This document shows, one piece after another, positions 1-8,510 of a DNA stretch of 32,983 nucleotides. Source of the DNA: Chiloscyllium plagiosum (taxonomy: Eukaryota); NCBI RefSeq assembly GCF_004010195.1, contig NW_025213803.1:1-32983 (forward strand). The letters run 5' to 3'. Below the pieces are notes generated by a model. That model worked only from the letters and a program-made list of their open reading frames with translations. It was not told where the DNA came from and did not search any database. Position numbers and translations under genes: made by a program. Position 1 is the stretch's first letter; each line of letters begins with the position of its first letter.

Positions 1-244
1 CTTTTTTTCTAAAATCTGTAGTTTCTACACTTACTAAGTCTCCTTCAATGTATTTTCTAATTTCCTGCTCTCTTACGTTTTCTTGGCTATGAGGTTCACA
101 ATCTTATATATTGCAAGAAACAGCTTCAAATGCATTAGGCAGGTGAGCAATGAGCACTGAAACATGTACATAGTTATACCTTTGCGCTGTATGAGGTCAC
201 CTCTCCCAGCTACGTGACTTCCCTTTATCTAAATTAAACTCCAC

Positions 245-1980
245 TTCTATTTTCTTTACTGCATCTCTAGTATAGTTTATTAATCTTTGTTGGTTATAAG
301 AAAAATGTAGTTTATCCAATCTACATTTTAGTTAATTGTTACCCACCAAAATAGGGATGATTCAAAACCTGCTGCAATCTGGTTGCGGACCTTAAACTCG
401 TCAGGAACCCCTATGGAGTCAAGATAAATCCTGTCATCAAAGGAAGTCCCCAATATCGATCTCTTGCTTCGCTCATCCTCCTTCACTACCTTCTCCTCTT
501 TCACAAATGCCAAGTTAAATGGAATTGCCATTGTACAATTGCACTAGTGTCTCGCCAACTAGAGGGCATAGTGGGTCTTCAAATCTTCCCACCACAGTGC
601 CACCACAAATCCGCTCGGGGTACTTTTAAGGCTGAATAGTTCCTTCCCCACTCTGTCTCGGAAACTGATTCAATTTCCGAGCATAGCGTTAGGTCTCCTA
701 GAAATCGGAACTGGTCTGTTCCATTCCTCTGTACACAGGAGGTATGATTCCCAACCACATTCGCAAACATATGGGGAGTTTTTAATTCTCTCCCCTTTAG
801 GGAAGGAAACACAGACAGCAATGACCGGCAACCGGGGTTTCTCCACGCCGTCTTATCCTGGTACAGGGCTATCATGCATAGTATACCGGTCCTGTCTTGC
901 TTCCACCCGCGCGGAAAGGGAACCATCCGAGCCACCGGTCCACCTGAGGCACATGCAGAGCAATTGCTTTTTTTTTAGATTACTTTAGATTAGATTAGAT
1001 TAGATTACTTTACAGTGTGGAAACAGGCCCTTCGGCCCAACAAGTCCACACCGACCCGCCGAAGCGCAATCCACCCATACCTCTACATTTACCCCTTACC
1101 TAACACTACGGACAATTTAGCATGGCCAATTCACCTGACCTGCACATCTTTGGACTGTGGGAGGCAATCGGAGCACCCGGAGGAAACCCACGCAGACACG
1201 GGGAGAATGTGCAAATTCCACACAGTCAGTCGCCTGAGGCGGGAATTGAACCCAGGTCTCTGGCGCTGTGAGGCAGCAGTGCTAACCACTGTGCCATCGT
1301 GCCGCCCTTTATGCTTTTTACCGTATATTTCACCCATTCCATCCAGGCATTTGTATTCCTGTATTCAGTTTCTATTTCAAGGGTCTGTCTTAGTTCTTTG
1401 ACCTCTATAACTTTTACCAGATTCGGGTCACTGTCAAGGATATAAGGTTCTTGTTCTTTTTGCTTTCCCTTTTCTACCATTATTTGAAAGCAGCAGCCAA
1501 CAAAACACTTCCCAGGGTACCTCCCAGTCACTGCACCCCTACATATTTTCAGGGGGACCTCAGGGGCTTCCATTAAGATCATAAAGTTGTTGCTGAGGGG
1601 TCGACTCCCATTTTCACGGGGAGGAAGAAAGCGAGCAGGAAAGGATTCTTCAGAGGAGGTATTTTTAATAGTGAGGTATATCGGGTTGCATTTCTCATCA
1701 GTACATTCCGGGGACGGGCGGAAGGGATCGCTATGAATAATGATGCCAGGTGGCGATCCTTGTACACCAAATGTTTCCTGCATCTGCATCTGGAGACTGA
1801 TGGATTGTAAAGGAACTATATTCTCTCTGATCCTTTACATCTCCACAATCTACTAGGCTGCAAACATCACTCTTTATTACCTGCGGGTATTCAGATTCAG
1901 GGATTTTTTAATAGTTTCAAACATGCCACCCCTATTTCGTAAAGCCTTAACACCAAGAGGATGAACTGGTCACTCTATTC
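245..1980 (-). pseudogene. env: ERV envelope (SU and start of TM), disrupted; TM truncated before the immunosuppressive domain
   Basis: ORF fragments 1226-1789, 579-935 and 328-531. NAWMEWVKYTVKSI-[SINE]-KSNCSACASG gives the SU CxxC motif. ERSKR/SILGTSFDDRIYLDSIGVPDEFKVRNQIAAGFESSLFWWVTIN*NVDWINY continues after a frameshift as YNQQRLINYTRDAVK. Homology stops near 245. Confidence 0.88.
975..1307 (-). mobile_element. tRNA-derived V-SINE (HE1-like), full length, inserted in ERV env
   Basis: Minus strand begins GGGCGGCACGATGGCACAGTGG (A box), then GGTTCAATTCC (B box), the V-type core TGTGTGGA..TTCTCCCCGTGTCTGCGTGGGTTTCCTCCGGGTGCTCC, and a (TCTAA)n tail. Near-identical to 8189-8510 and 29383-29709. 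Confidence 0.93.
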
Positions 1981-1983
1981 ATG

Positions 1984-2181
1984 GTGGAGAAAGTGAGGTC
2001 TGCAGATGCTGGAGATCAAAGTTGAAACTTTATTGCTGGAACAGCACAGCAGGTCAGGCAGCATCCAGGGAACAGGAGATTCGACGTTTCGGGCACAGGC
2101 CCTGAAGAAGGGCCTGTGCCCGAATGTTCAGCAGGAGAAGATAAAAGGTAGGGAGGAGGGACTTGGAGGAGGGGCGTTGGC
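1984..2181 (-). mobile_element. Penelope-like element terminal fragment with rearranged hammerhead-like core, inserted near the pol/env junction
   Basis: Minus strand reads GGGCCTGTGCCCGAAACGTCGAATCTCCTG..GATGCTGCCTGACCTGCTGTGCTGTTCCAGC..CTCCAGCATCTGCAGACCTCACTTTCTCC. The same terminus follows the GIY-YIG remnant at 30165-30250. Confidence 0.8.
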
Positions 2182-2199
2182 AGTTTTAAAAGTCTCTTA

Positions 2200-2568
2200 T
2201 TTCAGTTCAGTCTTTCTGCTCAGCTTGATTTTCAGAGGTCCTCTGTAGGATTAACTTGCCACTCCGCCAAGGAAGAAGGAGCGTCCACCGAACCCTTAGC
2301 GCGAGTGTGATGGCTCCACCCTTTTTCAGCAGTTCGAATGGCTGTTTCGGTAGTGAGGAAGGTTAGGGACGGTCCCTCCCAGCTTGGTATCTTTCCAGGT
2401 TTTGATCAGGACCCATTCACCCGGCTGTATTCGATGTACGGAAAACTCAAGTGGAGGTGTCTGGGTCAACAGACCCTTCTCCCTAAGGACAGACAAAAAA
2501 ATAACCCGTGTGTCACAATATAATTATTTTTAAAAAACTTATCATTGAACTCTACAGTTGGTAATTCC
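2200..2568 (-). pseudogene. pol: ERV integrase C-terminal domain only; HHCC and DDE core deleted
   Basis: Frameshifted translation gives QTPPLEFSVHRIQPGEWVLIKTWKD and SWEGPSLTFLTTETAIRTAEKGWSHHTRAK. It is fused directly to the RNase H end (GNTLEARG) at ~2568. Confidence 0.82.
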
Positions 2569-2912
2569 CCTCTTGCTTCTAGAGTGTTCCCCTTCTGATG
2601 CCCAGGTACATGGACAATAGCTATTTCCCGGAGTAATTCCAAACTTTTCAACATTTGTCCTATCAACTCTTCATGTATTAATTCCTTTCCCCGGCTATTG
2701 ATTAGAACACGTTCTTGCCGTATTTTACCGAAGGTATGGACCACCCCGTAGGCATATTTAGAGTCAGTGTAAATTGTCCCATTCCGATTTTCTAATCGCT
2801 TTAAGGACTGGTTTAAGGCATATAATTTGCAAGTTTGGGCTGACCACGTCACCGGTCAGCCTCAACTGTGTGGTTTTCACTAACGTCTACTACTGCATAT
2901 CCATTATGTCTT
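2568..2912 (-). pseudogene. pol: ERV RNase H, C-terminal part
   Basis: RHNGYAVVD...WSAQTCKLYALNQSLKRLENRNGTIYTDSKYAYGVVHTFGKIRQERVLINSRGKELIHEE..IVHVPGHQKGNTLEARG (ORF 2466-2852). Confidence 0.92.
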
Positions 2913-3402
2913 AGAACATTAGAACATAGAAGAATACAGCGCAGTACAGGCCCTTCGGCCCTCGATGTTGCGCCGATCCAAGCCCACCTAACCTACACTA
3001 GCCCACTATCCTCCATATGCCTATCTAATGCCCGCTTAAATGCCCATAATGAGGGAGAGTCCACCACTGCTACTGGCAGGGCATTCCATGAACTCACGAC
3101 TCGCTGAGTAAAGAACCTACCCCTAACATCTGTCCTATACCTACCCCCCCCTAATTTAAAGCTATGCCCCCTTGTAATAGCTGACTCCATACGTGGAAAA
3201 AGATTCTCACTGTCGACCCTATCTAAACCTTTAATCATCTTATACACCTCTATCAAGTCACCCCTAAACCTTCTTTTCTCCAATGAAAACAACCCCAAGT
3301 GCCTCAGCCTTTCCTCATACGATCTTCCTACCATACCAGGCAACATCCTGGTAAACCTCCTCTGCACCCGTTCCAGTGCCTCCACATCCTTCCTATAGTA
3401 TG
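2913..3402 (-). mobile_element. CR1/HER1-type LINE 3' end (ORF2 C-terminus, 3' UTR, TTCTATG-like tail), apparently young
   Basis: Uninterrupted YYRKDVEALERVQRRFTRMLPGM..LGLFSLEKRRFRGDLIEVYKMIKG..TRGHSFKL..FFTQRVVSSWNALP..FKRALD to the stop at 2993; tail at 2913-2932. Confidence 0.93.
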
Positions 3403-4618
3403 AGTTGACATGATTCAAAGCAAAACATTCATCCCCCTTTAAATCCTGGAGTAAGGCAAGTCCTCCATCCAGTAGTTTCTCCTCGGGCATTTTCACACGA
3501 GGTCTGATTCCTCTGCCTCTACCTAATTTGGAGTGATAATAGCCTGCCACTTGTGCCTGGAGAGTCTTGACCAAAACTCCTCTTCTTCAGGTGGTAGCTG
3601 TTTCGAGGCTGTGACATATGCTGTGTGCATTTTATCATGAGATCCTCTGCAATGCGCTGAATCCACGGGTTATAACAGCTTTGGATGTTCTGAGGGTCAA
3701 GATAGGTTTTGCTTCCGCCTTGTTTGCAATGTTGTAGCTTTCATGTGTTCCACGTACCTGTTCAGGACCACATTTCCTAACCAAACTTCGTTCATCATGG
3801 GACCTGACCCCTCATCCACCATGCCTTTTACACATGCAGGAGCATTCCTTGGTCTCAAAACTAAACTTCGTCCTATGAAGTAAATAGCCTTTCTGATTCA
3901 GAGGGTCCTGAATCCAGCATTGGCATTCCTGAAGTTGTTTCACCACCACCACCACCGCATCCCCACCCCTCCTGGTTTGGGAAGATCCGATTTAACCTGG
4001 TGCAAGGCCTTGTCCCCATTGGATATTCTACTAGATTTGTCCCTGTAGGTGTATGGGGTGGACCTGGACTCAATAGGAACAGTGGCAGTATGTTGTCGAG
4101 TGAAGCTGTAGGCTGTTTCTTCAAGCCTGCCCTGAAAGTTTGGACTGTGCTTTTTTTCCACATGACCACTTGGCGATGGATGGTATGGAGCTGTCCTTCC
4201 ATACCAAATGTCATGCGACATTAGGAAATACACAGAATATTTGTTGGTAAATAATGGCCTGTTGTCTGTGACCAACACCTCATGGAGTCTGTGTATTGCA
4301 AAAGATGCTTGCAGCTTGTCAGTCATCACCCTGTCATTGACAAATGAACTGTGCGCTCGTCCAAACACTATTAGAGGGTGTCCACTATGAGTAAAAACAT
4401 AAAACCCATGAAAGGATGGTACAGTCGACCTGCAACCACGTCCAGGGTTTAGCCAGCCATTCCCGTGAATGTGGAGGAGCTGTTGCTGGTGACGTTTATG
4501 TATTGTTGGCACTCGAGGCTCTGCCCAATCAACGTGGCTATGTCAGTATTCAATCCTGGTCACCAGACATAAATTCTCGCCAATATCTTCATTCCTGATG
4601 TAATTCAGCCAGTCTCAG
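3403..4618 (-). mobile_element. Decayed Ty3/Gypsy LTR-retrotransposon fragment: integrase, polypurine tract and start of the 3' LTR
   Basis: GMKILARIYVW*PGLNTDI..C (HHCC region), EWLAKPWTWLQVD..FMGFMFLLIVD and VLVTDNRPLFTN..RTAPYHPSPSGHVE. PPT-like AAAGGGGGATGAA at 3440-3428 is followed by TGT at 3427-3425. Confidence 0.85.
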
Positions 4619-4845
4619 GTCACACGACCCTTTCCTCCCTGCCTGACGGGCACATACTTATCAAGGACACTCAATAGTTGCTCCTTGAACAAGCTCCACA
4701 TATCAATTACACCCTTGCCTTGAAGCTTACTTTTCCAGGCCACACATCCTAAGTCATGCCTCACAGCATCATAATTTCCCTGCCCCCATCTATAACTCTT
4801 GCCCTGTAGTGCACACTTATCCCTCTCCATCACTAGAGTAAAGTA
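4619..4845 (-). mobile_element. CR1/HER1-type LINE ORF2 internal fragment (endonuclease-RT linker)
   Basis: Open frame FTLVMERDK..SYRWGQGNYDAVRHDLGCVAW..DMWSLFKEQLLSVLDKYVPVRQGG, typical of CR1 ORF2 just after the APE domain. Confidence 0.85.
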
Positions 4846-6345
4846 CTTCTTCCTTGTATTACTCTTGACGACCCATTTATAAACAGCCTACCTCCTTCAT
4901 ATAGGAGAATATCCTTTAAGTCTGCTCTTGTTCTGGTCTGATACTCGATAATATCTAAGCAGTCATGTTCTACTTCTCGCATGTCTAGGGGTTCTCTCTT
5001 CCACATGAAGGTGGCTGAGTTCAAACAAGCATCTGTTGTTAACACCAGGTCGTCTCTCTCCATAAGGGTAGCTTCATATTTTAGAGTTCTTGAGTCCGTC
5101 AACCATCTTCCTGCCTTTTGAGTTAACACAGTTCTGACTTGATGGGGAGTGCTAACAACCAGCGCTCCTCCGAAGGTTAGTTTGTGGCTCTCCTCTACTA
5201 GAATGGCAGTGGCCGCGACCGCCTGTATGCACTCAGGCCAACCTCTCGAGACAGGGTCTAAAATTTTGTACAGGAAGGCTATGGGTTGTTTCTTTCCTCC
5301 TGTTTTCTGGGTTAGCATTCCTACTGCTGCTCTATTATTTACTGTCACAAAAAGGTGGAAGGGTTTCTCAAGGGAAGGGAGGGCTAACACGGGAGCTTGC
5401 ATCAAGCTTCGTTTAATTCCTGATATCCCTCCTTTTCTTTTTCTGTCCATTGTAGTTTTTCATGTTCAGATTCTGTCAATTTGTAATATAACCCCTTCGT
5501 TTTCTGGGCGTATGCTTCTATCCATAATCTACAATAGCCCACTAGCTCCAAGAACTTCTGTAACTCCCTTTTGGTGGTCAGTAGGGGTAGTTCTGTTATT
5601 CCTTTAATCCTTTTGGGGTTAATGCGCCTAGTGCCTTCACTGATGAGGTGTCCTTAAGTATTTTACCTCTCTTTTTCTACATATTGTAACTTATTCTTGG
5701 ATACTTTTAGACGCTGTTTCCCTAGGAAATCTAACAGTCTGTTGGTAGCCTCGCTCACCTCATTTCCGTTTAGTCCAGATACAAGTAGATCATCCACATA
5801 TTGTAACAGTATCGTCCTCTTGGGCATTGTAAATTGTTCAAGGACTTGCTCCAGTACTTGTCCAAATAAATTAGGTGATTCCGTGAATCCCTGGGGAAGT
5901 ATCGTCCAGTGGAACTGATGTTTTGTACCCGTGTATGGATCCTCCCATTCGAAACCAAACATGTCACGGCTTTCTGTGCTAGAGGACAAGCCCAGAATGC
6001 ATCTTTTAAATCTATCACACTAAACCAGCGATGGTCACACAGTATTTTACCTAACAAAGTATATGGATTGGGTACCACCGGGTGCCGTGTTCGAACCAAT
6101 TGACTTACTGCTCTAAGATCCTGCACCAGACGATAGGTTCCATCTGGTTTGCGGACAGGCAATATGAGTATTAAAGGGTGACATGCATGGTTCCAATAAC
6201 CCAGTTTTTATCAACGAATCTATAACTGGTCATAGAACTATTTTATTTTCTTGTTTCAGCGTAATCCTTATCGGATCAATATTTAACCGACCTGGATTAC
6301 CATCTTTTGCCCATACATCAGGATGGATTTGTTTTTCATCACTCG
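4846..6345 (-). pseudogene. pol: ERV reverse transcriptase, connection domain and RNase H N-terminus, frameshifted
   Basis: IHPDVWAK..; SPFNTHILPVRKPDGTYRLVQDLRAV..VVPNPYTLL..WFSVIDLKDAFW; WTILPQGFTESPNLFGQ; YVDD at 5789-5800; QAPVLALPSLEKPFHLFV..LDPVSRGWPECIQAVAA; LFINGSSRVIQGR. Confidence 0.96.
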
Positions 6346-6718
6346 GTGTTAACATTGGCCATTTTTACAGTCCCATTATGATTTTCTACCTCTATTTTTA
6401 GGCCTAATTTAATAATCAAATCTCTACCCAGTAAATTGCTCCTGAGGTCAGGGATATATAAGAACTGTCCTGTTATTTCTTCACTACTTCCCGTAATTAA
6501 AGTTGGCTCAAAAATGGGTACTAAAAATGCTTCATCTTTTTTACTCCAAAAACCCAGATTCTTTGGTTAGTTAATTTAATGCCAGTAGGTCTAAAACTTA
6601 GGAATGACCGGGCCGCTCCCGTATCTACCAAAAATACTGTCTCCTCCCCTTTTGGTCCCACCTTTAGATTTACCAAGGGTTCCTGGTGGGTCTCAAGAGG
6701 AAGGAACCCCTGACTCCT
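6346..6718 (-). pseudogene. pro: ERV aspartic protease, in frame after the gag TAG
   Basis: *RSQGFLPLETHQEPLVNLKVGPKGEETVFLVDTGAARSFL with catalytic DTG at 6617-6625; a decayed NLLGRDL motif near 6420-6440. Confidence 0.9.
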
Positions 6719-6721
6719 CTA
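6657..6721 (-). promoter_or_regulatory. gag-pro stop-codon readthrough signal (UAG, 8-nt spacer, H-type pseudoknot)
   Basis: TAG AGGAGTCA GGGGTTCCT TCCTCTTGAGA CCCACC AGGAACCCT TGGTAAATCTAAA GGTGGG. Stem 1 is GGGGTTCCT/AGGAACCCT and stem 2 is CCCACC/GGTGGG, the same layout as the MuLV signal. Confidence 0.8.
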
Positions 6722-7905
6722 AACTTCATCTAAGGTCATTAGGGAAACCGCTTCCCTTTCTCGTGCTAATTCCAGACATTCCCGTTTAAAATGCCTTACT
6801 TTCCAGCAATGATAACACCCTGCCTGTTGCTTCCTTTCTCGGGTATCTGACCCTTGTCTTTCGTATCCTCCCCTATCCCTTGATCCCATTCTTCTTTTTG
6901 TCATTTCTTCTACTGCTGCCACCATCATTTTGGCTTTCTGTTTCTGCTTCTCATCTTCCCTTTACATATACACTTTCTGTGCCTCACGTAACAGTTCTTC
7001 CATCTGTCTTTCACTCCATCCATCTAATTTCTGTAATTTCTTTTGTATGTCTGGCCATGATTTAGTTACAAACTGGACATTTAAGAGCCCCTGTGCTACC
7101 GGATTATCGGGATCCATTCCCGAATACTTCCTTGTGGCCTCCTTGAGCCTTTGAAGAAATGCAGAAGGGGTTTCATCCTTCTCTTGTCGTACTCAAAGGG
7201 CTTAACAAAGTCTTGTTATCTAGGTACTGCCTCTTTAATTCCTAATATTACCATTTCTCAGAGATCTCGCATTGACTCCCTATCATCTCTGTCATTATTT
7301 TTCCAATGTGGGTCAACATTTGAGAATTTATGCTAAACTTTTCACTTTCTTTTTGAAGACCCTAACTTCACTGATGGTTAAGGGAGTATTTACATATCCG
7401 ATTTCATCTTCCCCAATCGGAACCTCTCTTAAGGGACATAATTTTACATTTTACATTATCTCTGCCCCTCCTTTATGTGTGGTGGCTCGAGTGATTCTGA
7501 GCCCCCCCACCCCCCCCCCAGGTTCCGCATCTTTTAGCTCAGAGTCCGTTCCCCTTTCTATGTCTGGACTCGGTTCTACTTCAGGAGCTGTAGGCTCATT
7601 CCGGGGAGTAGTATATGGGGGCGGCAAACACATTAAGGGATCCCATTGTGGCTTCCCATTTTCATTCTTTTTCTTTTGTTCTTTCGCTAATTCCTCCGTA
7701 TTCATGGGACATAATTTTACTCCTGCGCTCCCAATCCAACAAGCCGCATAATCGGACTCTTTTTGACTGTAGGTCCTTTTCGATTGATATATATATTAAA
7801 ATCTTGACACAGCCAATCCTCATCAGACCCATACTTAGGCCAAAAAAAGAATACCAGGCGCCTTAATACTTTCTCTAGTCCAAACGAAACAACAATATTT
7901 TATCA
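6719..7905 (-). pseudogene. gag: ERV gag (MA partial, late domains, CA with internal deletion, single-knuckle NC)
   Basis: IKYCCFVWT..WPKYGSDEDWLCQ; LPPPYTTPRNEPTAP; GYVNTPLTISEVR; MHR QEKDETPSAFLQRLKEA; FVTKSWPDIQKKLQK; CYHCWKVRHFKREC at 6776-6817; TAG at 6721-6719. Confidence 0.92.
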
Positions 7906-8188
7906 ACATTTAATTGTAAGAAAAGAACTGCTTTGAACATGTTGATTCTCTTTTGTCTTTTCTATTTCAACAATATTCATCACTGTACAATAATGACAAT
8001 TATTATAATTCCTTTATGTACCAAATGTCATTGACTGCATCATTTGTTCACTTTCATGCTCACTTTCATTATCTATTAACTTTCTTCCAAATTCTGACAC
8101 AAATGTCAGAACTCTGATCACAATATTAATCATCTAAATTAATATAATGTGTCTCTATGAGGAAACCATGTGATAGAAATTCATATTT

Positions 8189-8510
8189 TAGATTAGATTA
8201 GATTAGATTACTTTACAGTGTGGAAACAGGCCCTTCGGCCCAACAAGTCCACACCGACCCGCCGAAGCGCAAACCACCCATACCCCTACATTTACCCCTT
8301 ACCTAACACTACGGACAATTTAGCATGGCCAATTCACCTGACCTGCACATCTTTGGACTGTGGGAGGAAACCAGAGCACCCGGAGGAAACCCACGCAGAC
8401 ACGGGGAGAATGTGCAAACTCCACACAGTCAGTCGCCTGAGGCGGGAATTGAACCCGGGTCTCTGGCGCTGCGAGGCAGCAGTGCTAACCACTGTGCCAC
8501 CATGCCGCCC
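8189..8510 (-). mobile_element. HE1-like V-SINE, full length, with 7-bp target-site duplication
   Basis: A and B boxes, V core and (TCTAA)n tail; CATATTT at 8182-8188 and 8513-8519. Confidence 0.94.

Larger units (their letters stand above)
245..7905 (-). mobile_element. Decayed class I (gamma-like) endogenous retrovirus, gag-pro-pol-env, truncated at both ends, no LTRs recognisable
   Basis: Collinear minus-strand remnants: Gag MHR QEKDETPSAFLQRL, CCHC knuckle, protease FLVDTGA, RT LPQGFTESPNLF and LLQYVDDLL, RNase H IYTDSKYA and VHVPGH, integrase C-terminus WEGP..LTTETAIRTAEKGWSHHTR, Env furin site RSKR and NQIAAGFES..WWVTIN. Many stops, frameshifts and nested insertions. Confidence 0.95.

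Noticed and set aside
1..244. ERV 3' LTR or polypurine tract (and 5' LTR or primer-binding site near 7905-8180)
   Set aside because: No direct repeat is shared between the two flanks, no PPT or PBS is recognisable, and the provirus breaks inside coding sequence at both ends.
975..1007. (TTAGA)n as a telomeric or CRISPR-like repeat
   Set aside because: It is the SINE 3' tail; it is not TTAGGG and has no spacers. No CRISPR array or prokaryotic features are present in the window.
1235..1307. tRNA gene (A and B boxes)
   Set aside because: It is the tRNA-derived head of a SINE, continuing into the V core and LINE-like tail with no Pol III terminator.
1015..1401. ORFs beginning MWKQALRPNKSTP (also 8218-8568 and 29417-30097) that look like a gene family
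   Set aside because: They are antisense translations of the HE1-like SINE and diverge as soon as the SINE ends.
245..1980. Domesticated, syncytin-like env gene
   Set aside because: Stops, frameshifts, a SINE insertion and loss of the immunosuppressive domain and membrane anchor.
2993..3574. 193-aa ORF as a novel fusion protein
   Set aside because: It is an incidental open frame from Gypsy non-coding sequence into the CR1 ORF2 tail, starts at a non-ATG codon and has no promoter or splice support.
3403..4618. The ERV's own integrase
   Set aside because: The motifs are Gypsy-type (YVWWPG, TAPYHP), it lies inside RNase H, and the true ERV integrase C-terminus is at 2200-2568.
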